Source: a virus. Taken from it: 64,000 nt of DNA. The number at the start of each line of letters is the position of its first letter. Position 1 is the first letter of the stretch. Both the position numbers and the translations under genes were made by a program. This document shows positions 1 to 8,959 of the stretch, piece after piece. A model generated the notes under the pieces. The model made no database searches. It was not told the DNA's origin and was given only the letters and a program-made list of their open reading frames with translations. The stretch lies in IMG/VR virus record IMGVR_UViG_3300027806_000001, positions 96,001 through 160,000 of that record; one strand, 5' to 3'.

Positions 1-2
1 TC

Positions 3-1883
3 GCCGGTCTTGGCGGCCTTGGCCAGTTCGCCCGGGAAGGCCACGATGGAGTCGGTCACCTGGCGCGCGGGCACGGGCTTGACCTCGCCGGTCCTCGGGT
101 CGCGCAACCTGGAGTAGAGCTGGCCGTCGGTGCCCTTGATGGCGCCCACGGTGAGGCGGAGGTCGACGCCGACGCTGGAGCTCTCGGGCGTTCGAACGGG
201 ATCGATGAACCCGAAGTGCGACGGCTGCACCGACCGGCTGTCGATGGGAATGCCGTGGGCGCCCGAGGAGATGCCGCCCTCGCCGGTGCGGATGACGCGC
301 ATGTTCTGGTCGAGGATCTCCATGGGGTTCACCTCCTCGATCGGAGCGCCAAGGCCGGAGCCCATGAGCACGCCGTTGAGGGCCGGGGTGAACACGCCGT
401 TCTTCAGCGGCTCGAGGTTGCCGCGGTTGGTCGCCTTGAACAGGGCCGTCCGCAGGATGCCGCCGGCGTCCTTCTCGATGCGCTCCGAGAAGAAGTCCTC
501 CGGGCCGAGGAACTTCTGGTAGGCCAGGCTGTCGCGGTCGTCCTGGTCCTCGAGGCCCTTCTGAGCGTTGAGGATCTTCTGGCTGGCCCTCAGCAGGGTG
601 CGGCCCGAGATCTTGCCGAAGTCGTCGTCCGTGAGATCGACCGGGGTCATCGGCCCGATCTCCACCGGGGCGGCCTCCTTGGTCTCCATCAGGGTGTTGA
701 GGTCGGCCGCGGCCTTGACCCCGACCGACAGGCGGAATCCGCCGCGCGGCTTGGGGTCGAGCAGCAGGCTGCGACGGAGCTGCTCCAGCTCGGGGCACTC
801 GATCTCGACGCAGTACTCGCCGCTCATCGGCGGCAGCACCTTGACCAGGTCGTAGGTGAAGCGGCGGCCGGAGCCGCAGGTCGCCTCGAAGTCCTTGCGG
901 AAGACCTTGCGCAGCTTCTTGATCTCGTCCGCCTCGATGACGGTCAGCCTGCCGTCGCCCTTGGCGATGCCGGGAGCCTTGTCCGAGTCCCTGAGGGCGT
1001 AGTACACGCCGTCGATCAGGCCGGATGGAACCGTGATGTAGCCCTCGGAGTCGATGCGCAGGGTGCCGCGGATGGGCACGGAGGCGGCCTTGGCGCGGTA
1101 GCCCAGCGTGCGCCGCGTCACCTCGGGGTCGAGCACCGTGGACTCGAGGGCGGTGCGGATGCCGGAGTAGATCGTGTTCTCGTCGAGGTCCTTGGACGGC
1201 TCGTTGGTCAGGCGCTCGTAGATGCGCCCTGCGTCGTAGGCCGAGCCTTCCTTGCTGGACGCCAGCAGGTCCTTGCCCCACGTCTTTTCAAGTTCATCAT
1301 CGGTGACGCCCAGGGCGCGGAACATGGGGTAGGCCGGGGCGACGGACTGGCCGATCTCCACGACGAACTTGCCGGTGTCCGGCATGAGGGCCATGCGGAA
1401 GCCGCGGCCCTTGCCCGGCAGGGTGTTGAAGTGAGCCTCGTACTCGCCCGACTTCCTGCGGCGGACGAACGGGCCCGGCAGGAGGCGGGACTGGTTGGTC
1501 ACCACGTACTCGCTGCCGTTGGAGATGAAGGTGCCGCGCGGGGTGAGGTACGGCACGCGGGCCAGGGTGACCGGCTTGTCGGTCTGATCGATGACCGCCC
1601 CGGTGGCGTTGTCCTTCATGACCAGGTGCCCGCGCAGCGGGGTGTACAGGCTCTGGCCCTGCATGAGGGCCTTCTGCTGGTCCTTCAGGGTGTACTCGGG
1701 GGCGCCGGCGTAGTCGACGTCGGCGGCCTCGACCGTGTACCGGGAGTTGGACAGGGGGAACCTTGCGGCGACGGCCTTCCGGACGCCGTCCAGGATGTTC
1801 CGGCGGATCGTGGAGTAGTCGTCGAAGCGCCGCATCTCGGGCTGGGCGGGGGCCAGCAACGAGTTCAGGTCCTGGGGAGGCAT
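3..1883 (-). CDS. Phage-encoded multisubunit RNA polymerase beta-like subunit, N-terminal part (runs off the window edge; absent from the ORF track)
   Basis: Manual translation from ATG at 1883: MPPQDLNS...VPYLTPRGTFISNGSEYVVTNQ (cf. beta GxFIINGxERV) and RSVQPSHFGFIDPVRTPESSSVG (cf. beta RDVHPxHYGRxCPIETPEGxNxG). Confidence 0.9.
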   Translation of the reverse strand, partial: MPPQDLNSLLAPAQPEMRRFDDYSTIRRNILDGVRKAVAARFPLSNSRYTVEAADVDYAGAPEYTLKDQQKALMQGQSLYTPLRGHLVMKDNATGAVIDQTDKPVTLARVPYLTPRGTFISNGSEYVVTNQSRLLPGPFVRRRKSGEYEAHFNTLPGKGRGFRMALMPDTGKFVVEIGQSVAPAYPMFRALGVTDDELEKTWGKDLLASSKEGSAYDAGRIYERLTNEPSKDLDENTIYSGIRTALESTVLDPEVTRRTLGYRAKAASVPIRGTLRIDSEGYITVPSGLIDGVYYALRDSDKAPGIAKGDGRLTVIEADEIKKLRKVFRKDFEATCGSGRRFTYDLVKVLPPMSGEYCVEIECPELEQLRRSLLLDPKPRGGFRLSVGVKAAADLNTLMETKEAAPVEIGPMTPVDLTDDDFGKISGRTLLRASQKILNAQKGLEDQDDRDSLAYQKFLGPEDFFSERIEKDAGGILRTALFKATNRGNLEPLKNGVFTPALNGVLMGSGLGAPIEEVNPMEILDQNMRVIRTGEGGISSGAHGIPIDSRSVQPSHFGFIDPVRTPESSSVGVDLRLTVGAIKGTDGQLYSRLRDPRTGEVKPVPARQVTDSIVAFPGELAKAAKTG

Positions 1884-1898
1884 TCCCGGATTATAGCA
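1884..1898 (-). promoter_or_regulatory. Extended -10-like element TGCTATAAT, 6 nt upstream of the RNAP ATG (candidate leaderless promoter)
   Basis: Minus strand reads TGCTATAAT-CCGGGA-ATG; no Shine-Dalgarno. Confidence 0.55.
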
Positions 1899-1912
1899 AA
1901 GTCAGGCAGGGC

Positions 1913-2938
1913 TCAGAGCTTGAACTTGACGTTGCCGTCCTGCTCCTCGAGGTCGATGCCGGAGTGCAGCACCTCCTCGCCGGTCTGGCGCCGAAGCAGC
2001 GCGTTGAGCTCCTTGAGCTTGCGCCGCTCCGGGTCCTCCTTCATGCTCTCGTTCATGAGCTTCCAGCCGACCAGGCCTCCGATGCCCACGGGCAGGCCCA
2101 TGAGCAGGTAGCTGAGGTTGCCGGGGAAGTTCGTCAGGCCGTGGGCTTCCACAGGCGGCCTTTCCTTGATGACCGCGACGCTCGGATCCAGGCCAGGCAC
2201 CGCGCGAACGCCGTCCTCGGCCTGCTTGACCGAATCGGCCAGCTCGTCGAGCGCCGAGGAGATCTTCGAGGTGGGCTCGTTCAGCGCCGCCTCGAACTCG
2301 CGCTTGGCCTTCTTCAGCTCGTCGTCGATGCGCTGCTTGCGCCGCATGTCCACCAGGCGCGTGCCCAGGATGTACGTCGCGACGCCGGGGGCGATGGCCG
2401 CGATGGGCCACGCCGCTCCTGCCAGGACCGGCCCCGTGAGCCATCGGTCGATGGCGCCGTCCTCGGACTGCTTGAGGGAGGATTCGTTCCCCATGTCCTC
2501 CATCTCCTCGCCGGAGAGGCCGGACTGCTCGGACTTCCCCTCGGGCAGCATCTTGTCGGCCTCGGGAGGCTGCTCCTCGACCGACTTGCGGCTGCGTGGG
2601 ATCTGCACGCGCTTGCGGTACTTGTTCTTCCTGATCTCGTCCAGCTCGCTCAGGTCGCGCAGCTCCTTGGCCCCGCCGTAGCCGGCCGAGAGGGCCAGGC
2701 CGCCCAGGGCGCTGGTGCCGGCCAGGGCGGCCAGCACGGCGGCATCCGCCGAGCTGAGGCCCAGGGCGGACTTCTTCTCGGGCAGGCCCTTCCGCGGCGT
2801 GGAGGCGAAGTCGGTCACGTCCTTGCCGGACATGCTCGAGGCGGCCTCGCGGGCCTTGGACGATCCGGTGGCCTTGCCCTCCTGGATCGCCTTGACGAGG
2901 CCGAAGAACCGCTGCTGCTTCTTGCTGGTGGATGGCAT
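1913..2938 (-). CDS. Probable virion protein with conserved phage N-terminal module and K-x-A motifs
   Basis: Start trimmed to MPSTSKKQQRFFGLV..KDVTDFASTPRKGLPEK, a module I recall from many phage proteins; SD GGAG; KKSA, KQS and KQA motifs. Confidence 0.6.
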   Translation of the reverse strand: MPSTSKKQQRFFGLVKAIQEGKATGSSKAREAASSMSGKDVTDFASTPRKGLPEKKSALGLSSADAAVLAALAGTSALGGLALSAGYGGAKELRDLSELDEIRKNKYRKRVQIPRSRKSVEEQPPEADKMLPEGKSEQSGLSGEEMEDMGNESSLKQSEDGAIDRWLTGPVLAGAAWPIAAIAPGVATYILGTRLVDMRRKQRIDDELKKAKREFEAALNEPTSKISSALDELADSVKQAEDGVRAVPGLDPSVAVIKERPPVEAHGLTNFPGNLSYLLMGLPVGIGGLVGWKLMNESMKEDPERRKLKELNALLRRQTGEEVLHSGIDLEEQDGNVKFKL

Positions 2939-2952
2939 CGCGCTGCTCCTGG

Positions 2953-3525
2953 TCAACCGCCTGAATTGTTGTTCTCGAACGGACGCCAGTCCCAGTCAAC
3001 CGGACGGTTGCCTTGCTCGTAGTACGGCTTGGGAGCCTCTCCGCCGAACATGGAGTCCCACGCCGTGCGGTTGATGGCCGCATCGGCCACGGCGCCCTGG
3101 TGGACCAGCTGCTCGACCGTTCCCTTGTGCTCGGGACTCTTGCTGAGCGTCTGTGCGGCGGTGCCGTACTGCTCGGGATTGTCGAAGTACTGCGCCTCGT
3201 CTGCAAGGCGCGAGTTGACGAAGTAGCGGCCGCCGAGGCCAAGACCAAGGCCGGCCAGGGCTCCGATGCCTCCAAGGCCCGACTCGCCGCGGCGACGGCC
3301 GCGCAGGCGGTCCAGGATGGAGCCGACGCCGTAGCCCAGCAGGGCGCCGCCGGCGCCGTAGAGCAGGTTGTTGCCCAGGCCGCTGTCGGCTCCGAACGGA
3401 TTGACGAATCCGTGCAGGTCCCTGGCGTTCCACTGGCCAGGCGCAGCCGCAGCGTAGTAGGGCGTGTCCGCCTGCTTGCTCTCGGTTTCGGCCCGCTTCT
3501 GCATGTGGTGGGAGTAGTAGGCCAT
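2953..3525 (-). CDS. Hypothetical probable virion protein with Gly-zipper segments
   Basis: MQKRAETESKQA motifs; GAGGALLGYGVG-type hydrophobic Gly segments. Confidence 0.55.
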   Translation of the reverse strand: MAYYSHHMQKRAETESKQADTPYYAAAAPGQWNARDLHGFVNPFGADSGLGNNLLYGAGGALLGYGVGSILDRLRGRRRGESGLGGIGALAGLGLGLGGRYFVNSRLADEAQYFDNPEQYGTAAQTLSKSPEHKGTVEQLVHQGAVADAAINRTAWDSMFGGEAPKPYYEQGNRPVDWDWRPFENNNSGG

Positions 3526-3527
3526 GG

Positions 3528-3923
3528 TCAGGATTCCTTGGGGCTGCAGGAAATGCGCATTGTATCAAGGTCGCCCAGGTACTGGGGCAGCTCCTCGGCG
3601 GGGATGGTCAGGTTGACGGCGTACTTGATCCAGGAGATCCAGTTCTCCTTCGCGGGTATGAACTCCGACTCCTCGGTGAACTGGCACCAGCCGCGGCTCT
3701 GCCACTTGACCAGCACGTCGTTCAGCTTGTTGTACTCCTCGAGGTCCTCTTCGTTCCACAGGCGGAACTGCCGGCTGCGGAAGAAGGGAATCTCCTGGGG
3801 CAGCGACTGGGGAGGATCGGTCGGCTTGATGATCGGCCGGACGGATCCCATGAAGGGCGCCCCGTCGCCGAGCTGCGAGAAGCCTCCGAGCATGATGCTG
3901 GCGGGTCCCAGGGGGTCGCTCAC
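3528..3923 (-). CDS. Hypothetical protein
   Basis: Natural amino-acid composition; GTG start overlaps the upstream stop. Confidence 0.6.
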   Translation of the reverse strand: MSDPLGPASIMLGGFSQLGDGAPFMGSVRPIIKPTDPPQSLPQEIPFFRSRQFRLWNEEDLEEYNKLNDVLVKWQSRGWCQFTEESEFIPAKENWISWIKYAVNLTIPAEELPQYLGDLDTMRISCSPKES

Positions 3924-4231
3924 TTGGATTCTCCCTTGGCCTTTTCCTTGGCCTTTTCCTTAGCCTTCTCGCCCAGGTCCAAGGCCCTGGCGTTGCCCTC
4001 GGCCGTCCTCTTGGCGATGTCCTCCGGGGTGGTCGGCGCATCGGGCGCCGCGTCCCACTGCTGCTTGGCCTTTGCGGATCCGTAGCCCAAGCCTCCGCCC
4101 AGGCCGGCGCCTCCCAGGCCCATCATGACCGCGGCCAGCTCGTCGTTCGGCTTGACCAGCTTGCCGAGGCCGTAGCCACTGGTGCCGCCGATGCCTGCGC
4201 CGAGCAGGGCCCAGAGCAGTTCCTGGTTCAT
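3920..4231 (-). CDS. Small Gly-zipper membrane-type protein
   Basis: Two LGAGIGG / LGGAGLGGG segments; coupled start/stop. Confidence 0.6.
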   Translation of the reverse strand: MNQELLWALLGAGIGGTSGYGLGKLVKPNDELAAVMMGLGGAGLGGGLGYGSAKAKQQWDAAPDAPTTPEDIAKRTAEGNARALDLGEKAKEKAKEKAKGESK

Positions 4232-4617
4232 GCCAGTCCCTTTCGAACCTCGTTGGTCGCCTGGCGGTACTTGGCCAGCAGGTGCAGCTTCTTGGCCTCG
4301 TCGGCCTCCGAGAACTCGGGCAGGATCTGGCCCTCGGGATCGACCACGTCGGTGCCCTTGTTGTACATCCAGTTGGCGCCGGCTCCGGCGATGCCGCCGC
4401 CCACGAGGCCCAGCGCGGCCAGGGTCAGCGCCAGGTTGACGGCGCCCTGTCCAGTGTTGACGGCCTTCTCGCCTGCGCCGAACGTCTTGGAGGCCACGTC
4501 GGAGACGGCGTCAAAGAATCCCTGCTTGCACATGAGCAGTTCCGACGGAGTGAATCCCAGCTCGGCCGCCCTGGTGCAGAACCCGACCTTGAACCGCATT
4601 TTCGCTGCTTCGTCCAT
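4228..4617 (-). CDS. Hypothetical probable virion protein
   Basis: FKVGFCTRAAELG..CKQGFFD N-terminus; one hydrophobic segment; TAGACT-N6-ATG upstream. Confidence 0.6.
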   Translation of the reverse strand: MDEAAKMRFKVGFCTRAAELGFTPSELLMCKQGFFDAVSDVASKTFGAGEKAVNTGQGAVNLALTLAALGLVGGGIAGAGANWMYNKGTDVVDPEGQILPEFSEADEAKKLHLLAKYRQATNEVRKGLA

Positions 4618-4648
4618 CGCAGTAGTCTACCTTATGCGGAGCCTAGGC

Positions 4649-5860
4649 TCAAATGCCGAGTTTTCCAAGGTTGATGAGAGTGCCTAGCGCGGCGCCGGTG
4701 CCTTGCATGACGCGCTGCTCGGTCGGGCTGATGTTCATGAAGAGGCCGATGCCCTTGGCGGCCACTGTGCCTGCCAGCGCTCCGGCCCCAGCGCCGACCG
4801 CGGCATGCGCCACGTCCCGCACGGTGAACCACGGCTTGTCCGGCCGGGCCCGGCCCGCGCTGTTCATCAGGCCCAGCGCCTGGGCGTAGGTGATCTGGCC
4901 GTCCTGCCACTGCTCGGCCAGAGTGTCGGCCAGGTGCGCCTTGGAGAGCTGCAGGCTCAGGGGGATGGCGGAGTTGGCCTTGACGGTGTGCTCCGGCTCC
5001 GGGTCGCCCGGCACCACGGCGTTGCGGTTGATCCTGGCTATGGTGGCCCGGGACCTGGCGGCCTGGTCGGCCTGCATCTCCGGGGTGTAGTCCTCGTTCT
5101 TGACGGCGCCCAGCCTCGAGAGATCGGACACCGTGCCAGGGAAGGTGGCCAGCCATGGGGCGCTCATGCCGGCCAGCACGGCCAGCGCGCCCAGCGCCTT
5201 GCCCTTGCGCTGGAACCTCTCGGGGAAGAAGTACTGCAGGGCCGGCACCGCGGCCAGGCCCAGGGCGGACAGTCCCGCCCCGGTCACCACGTTGCCGATG
5301 CGCCTCTGGGCGTCGGCCGAGTACTGGCCCTCTCCGTACCAGGCGCCGGGGGAGTACCCCAGGTACTTCTGCAGGTCGCCCACGGTCGCGCCCTGCTTCA
5401 TGCCCGGCTGAGCCTGGGGCTGCGCCTTGCGAGCCTGGAACTCCCTGGTGGCCTTGAACATGTCGCGCATGGGGTCGGCGGCCGGGGCGGCCGCGGCGTC
5501 GCCCTCGGGCTTGGCCTTCAGAGTGTCGTTGGTCAGCTTGCCCTTGAGCCTGGAGGTGGGCCTGGTCATCTTTGAGACGGTGCCGCCCGGGGTCGGCATG
5601 CCGAAGCCCGCCCCGATCGCGGCGGGAGCCGCGGCCTTGACCCTGGACTCCAGCTCCAGGCCATGCACCACCTCGCGCGGGACGTGGATGCGGAACCCGG
5701 TGGGCTGGTGGGTCAGCCCCACGATGCCGCCCTGCTCGGAGTCGATGTAGAACTCCGCGGGAGCCTGGCGCACCAGCTGGTTGACCAGCGAGTGCTTGGC
5801 GCCGTACTGCCGCACGTCGGAGTAGCCCTTGGCCTGCTTGAGGTCCGAGACGTTCGCCAT
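4649..5860 (-). CDS. Probable virion protein with several K-x-A/G motifs
   Basis: Start trimmed to MANVSDLKQA after SD GAGG; KQA, KAA, KQG, KAN motifs; hydrophobic segments. Confidence 0.6.
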   Translation of the reverse strand: MANVSDLKQAKGYSDVRQYGAKHSLVNQLVRQAPAEFYIDSEQGGIVGLTHQPTGFRIHVPREVVHGLELESRVKAAAPAAIGAGFGMPTPGGTVSKMTRPTSRLKGKLTNDTLKAKPEGDAAAAPAADPMRDMFKATREFQARKAQPQAQPGMKQGATVGDLQKYLGYSPGAWYGEGQYSADAQRRIGNVVTGAGLSALGLAAVPALQYFFPERFQRKGKALGALAVLAGMSAPWLATFPGTVSDLSRLGAVKNEDYTPEMQADQAARSRATIARINRNAVVPGDPEPEHTVKANSAIPLSLQLSKAHLADTLAEQWQDGQITYAQALGLMNSAGRARPDKPWFTVRDVAHAAVGAGAGALAGTVAAKGIGLFMNISPTEQRVMQGTGAALGTLINLGKLGI

Positions 5861-5861
5861 G

Positions 5862-7769
5862 TCAGTTGGTCCTCGTGGCGTAGTTCCCGTAGGGGGACCG
5901 GCCCTGGTCAGGTGGTCCAAGGACGGCCTGCAGCAGGGCGGGATCGTTCAGCAGCATCGTCATCGTGGCCGGATCGACCGCCTGGCTCAGCCTTCTGGAG
6001 GCATCGACGGTAGGCGCAGGGGACTGCAGAGCTTCCTCCCGGCTCCTGTACCAGTTGGCCAGGGTCTGGTAGGCCTGGGGATCGGAAGCGGCCAGCTCGC
6101 CAAGTTCCGCCTGGGTGCGGGAGTTCTCCGGAATCGCTCCGTAGATCGAGTCCCTGAGTTCCGGACTGACCCTCTGCAGCACATCCATGACGGCCTGCGG
6201 CGACTGGCCCAGGCCCACCAGCCTCTGGGTCAGTTCGGAGCCCAGGCCCTGCCGGTTCAAGGCTGCCTGCTCGCGGTCGAACTCGGCCCTGGCCTTGCGC
6301 TGGGAGTAGGTCTCGAGCCCCTTGAACGGAGCCGAGGCCTCCATGGCGCCGGTGGCCAGGCGGACAAATGCGTTGTCCGGAATGTCCTGCTCGAGCTGAG
6401 AGCGGATCACGTCGAGTTCCTTGGTGTCGGGATAGCTGACGTTGCCGTACTGATCCACGGGAACCCCCTGTTCGGTCGCGGATCGCAGCACATTCTCCCG
6501 GAGAGGGGCTTTGGAGAGAAGGGAGGCGGGAATGGTAAAGGCCTGCGCGGTGTTCGGGAGGCCGGTCATGCGCTGGGCCGGACCCACGGCGAGCTCCCTT
6601 GCGACTTCGCCAAAGGACGCGTTCGGATTGTCGCCCAGCAGCTCGCCTGCCGAGGAGAGGCCTGCCTCCGCACCCTGGGCGAAGTTGCCCAACCCCCAGC
6701 CGCGGCCCAGGGATCCTAAGGCGAACTGCGTCAGTTGACCCGGCACCGTCGCCGTCGCCCCGGAGCCGGAGAGGACTGCCGGAGCCATCCTGGAGCCGGA
6801 GATGGACCAGAGGGGATTGAGCGCGCTGCCGAAGGCGTTGAAGACTCCCTTGGCCCCTTGTTCACCGAACCCTGCAACCGTGCGCAAGGCGCCGGGGGAG
6901 AGCTTGGAGGAGAACTGAGGCAAGGCGAACGCCCCCTCGTACAAAGCCTTGGGGACGACCCTGCCTGCGGAGCTGACCGCCTGGCCTGCCCGGGCGACGA
7001 CCGGAGCCACCTTGGCCGGCACCGCGGACATGATTTTGCCTCCGGCGGCGGTGACGAGGTTGCCTGCCCGGGATGCCAAAGAGGGCAGCACCGCCTTGGT
7101 TGCTCCGGCTCTGCCGGCGTTGGCGACAAGGGCGGCGTTTCCCTGCCCGCCGGTGGCTGCCGCGGTCAGGGCGTGGGCTCCTGTAGCAAGTGAGGTGCCT
7201 GCCCAGTTCTGCAAGGAATTACGCGCGAGCACGGGATCCCGCTCCATGGCGTCGTACATCAGGAAGGAGTTGACGCCCGCCTTGCCTGCGTCGGGCAGGT
7301 ATTTGGTGTAGTAGGCGCCCTGATCCTCCAGGCCTTCCTGGACGGCCTGCTGGTTGTCTGTCATGTAGTTGTAGGCGATGCCTGGCCAGCTCATGTTCCA
7401 CGCCGCGCTGGCGTACGGCTGCACGGTGTCCCGCCAGAACTCCCTTGGCCTCGCGTTCCTGACGTAGGCCGGAGGCAGCAGGTCCTCCTCGGTCATCCTG
7501 CGGCCCATGATCGGAACGACCGCCGGCACGGCCTGACGACCAGGCTGATCGTAGATGCCGCCGGCGGCCCGGGAGCTGGACGCGGCGCCGGGCCGCGGCT
7601 CAGGCAGGGACGCCCCCACCGGTTCCGGTTGCCGAGTCCTTGCGTTCGACTGGACGCGGCCTGCCGGCGACATCATGCCCATCAGGTTCTGGTTCTGGAT
7701 GCTCTCCAGGGAGTTGCCGGGACCTGGGCCCTGCGCTGACTTGACGTGATGGTCGTATGGCTTGGGCAT
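5862..7769 (-). CDS. Large Ala/Gly-rich protein, possibly an ejected or internal virion protein
   Basis: 635-aa ORF in the structural cluster; no recognisable catalytic motif. Confidence 0.5.
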   Translation of the reverse strand: MPKPYDHHVKSAQGPGPGNSLESIQNQNLMGMMSPAGRVQSNARTRQPEPVGASLPEPRPGAASSSRAAGGIYDQPGRQAVPAVVPIMGRRMTEEDLLPPAYVRNARPREFWRDTVQPYASAAWNMSWPGIAYNYMTDNQQAVQEGLEDQGAYYTKYLPDAGKAGVNSFLMYDAMERDPVLARNSLQNWAGTSLATGAHALTAAATGGQGNAALVANAGRAGATKAVLPSLASRAGNLVTAAGGKIMSAVPAKVAPVVARAGQAVSSAGRVVPKALYEGAFALPQFSSKLSPGALRTVAGFGEQGAKGVFNAFGSALNPLWSISGSRMAPAVLSGSGATATVPGQLTQFALGSLGRGWGLGNFAQGAEAGLSSAGELLGDNPNASFGEVARELAVGPAQRMTGLPNTAQAFTIPASLLSKAPLRENVLRSATEQGVPVDQYGNVSYPDTKELDVIRSQLEQDIPDNAFVRLATGAMEASAPFKGLETYSQRKARAEFDREQAALNRQGLGSELTQRLVGLGQSPQAVMDVLQRVSPELRDSIYGAIPENSRTQAELGELAASDPQAYQTLANWYRSREEALQSPAPTVDASRRLSQAVDPATMTMLLNDPALLQAVLGPPDQGRSPYGNYATRTN

Positions 7770-7877
7770 GCAGGGTCCTGTTCAGGCGGTCAATCTGGAA
7801 ATTGTACCTGCTGGTCCGCTCGGCTGCATCTTCGCAGGCCAAGGTCGGTCCTCGGCGATTTCCTGTAGAATTCCGGC

Positions 7878-8591
7878 ATGAACACGCGCGTCGACTACAG
7901 CCCCCTTCGCCAACATCTCATGGAGAAGACGGCCTTCCTGGGCGATCTGCTTGGATCAAGCAAGTACGAGCCGCAGATTCTGGAGGACGTACCGTCGATT
8001 GACGACTTCGATCCTATGACCCAGGACTACGAGCAGGCCCTGGACAAATACTGGAAGAGCCTGGGCTACTCGGACGTGCGGCGGCACGACTACGCCCCAT
8101 CAGGAACTCCGTACACCATGAAGGGCCCCGACGGCCGCTACTACGAGGCCGCCATGAACGAGGACCTGGGCAAGTGGGAGCTGACTCCCATGGGCGGTCC
8201 TCAGCACGACATGGCCGAGCACCCCGACGATCTGCCGGATACCTACAACCGCAAGGGTCCGAGCCTGGGCAGGGACAAGAACTCCATGGACTACAGCCTC
8301 CTTCGCCAGCACCTCATGGAGAAGATCGCAGCCTCTCCGGCCTGGACCAGGGCCGAGGGCAAGAACCCCGAGGGCGGCCTCAACGCCAAGGGCCGGGCCA
8401 GCTACAAGGCGCAGACGGGCGGCACCCTGCGTCCGCCGGTCACCAAGGATCGCGCCGACAAGAGCCCCAAGGACGCCAAGCGCCGGGCCAGCTTCTGCGC
8501 TCGAAGCGCAGGCCAGATGAAGATGTGGCCGGAGGCCGCCAAGGATCCGGAGAGTAGGCTCAGGAAGGCCCGCCGGGCCTGGGACTGCTGA
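7878..8591 (+). CDS. Two-module protein ending in a conserved phage domain (AWTRxEGKNPxGGLN...SFCAR...WDC)
   Basis: C-terminal motif set recalled from many phage proteins; duplicated DYSxLRQHLMEKxA leader; convergent terminator follows. Confidence 0.75.
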   Translation: MNTRVDYSPLRQHLMEKTAFLGDLLGSSKYEPQILEDVPSIDDFDPMTQDYEQALDKYWKSLGYSDVRRHDYAPSGTPYTMKGPDGRYYEAAMNEDLGKWELTPMGGPQHDMAEHPDDLPDTYNRKGPSLGRDKNSMDYSLLRQHLMEKIAASPAWTRAEGKNPEGGLNAKGRASYKAQTGGTLRPPVTKDRADKSPKDAKRRASFCARSAGQMKMWPEAAKDPESRLRKARRAWDC

Positions 8592-8600
8592 GCCTCCGAC

Positions 8601-8648
8601 AGCTAAAAGAAAGACCCTCGGTTTTGGCCGGGGGTCTTTCTTTTAGCT
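8601..8648. terminator. Bidirectional intrinsic terminator between convergent units
   Basis: Perfect 17-bp inverted repeat AGCTAAAAGAAAGACCC / GGGTCTTTCTTTTAGCT giving T tracts on both strands. Confidence 0.85.
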
Positions 8649-8671
8649 GCTCACTCTCACTCATCGCATGC

Positions 8672-8959
8672 TCATTCGGAGACTCCTTTGCCGTCGCCGC
8701 GGCCGCTGCCACCGCCCATGCCGCTGCCGCAGACGCTGCCGTAGCCCCAGCCTCTGCCATTGCCGTCGCCGCGGCCGCTGCCACCGCCCATGCCGCTGCC
8801 GCAGACGCTGCCGTAGCCCCAGCCTGTGCCGCTGCCATCGCCGCCGCCGCTGCCGCCGCTGCTGTGGTCCCAGCCTCTGCCGTCGCCGTTGCCTCTGCCG
8901 TTGCCGCCGCCCTTGCCCCTGCCATCGCCATCACCGTGGCCATTACCTGGGTTGCTCAT
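8672..8959 (-). CDS. Gly-X repeat protein, unit 1
   Basis: MSNPGNG...GDGKGVSE; internal direct duplication of GWGYGSVCGSGMGGGSGRGDG. Confidence 0.7.
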   Translation of the reverse strand: MSNPGNGHGDGDGRGKGGGNGRGNGDGRGWDHSSGGSGGGDGSGTGWGYGSVCGSGMGGGSGRGDGNGRGWGYGSVCGSGMGGGSGRGDGKGVSE

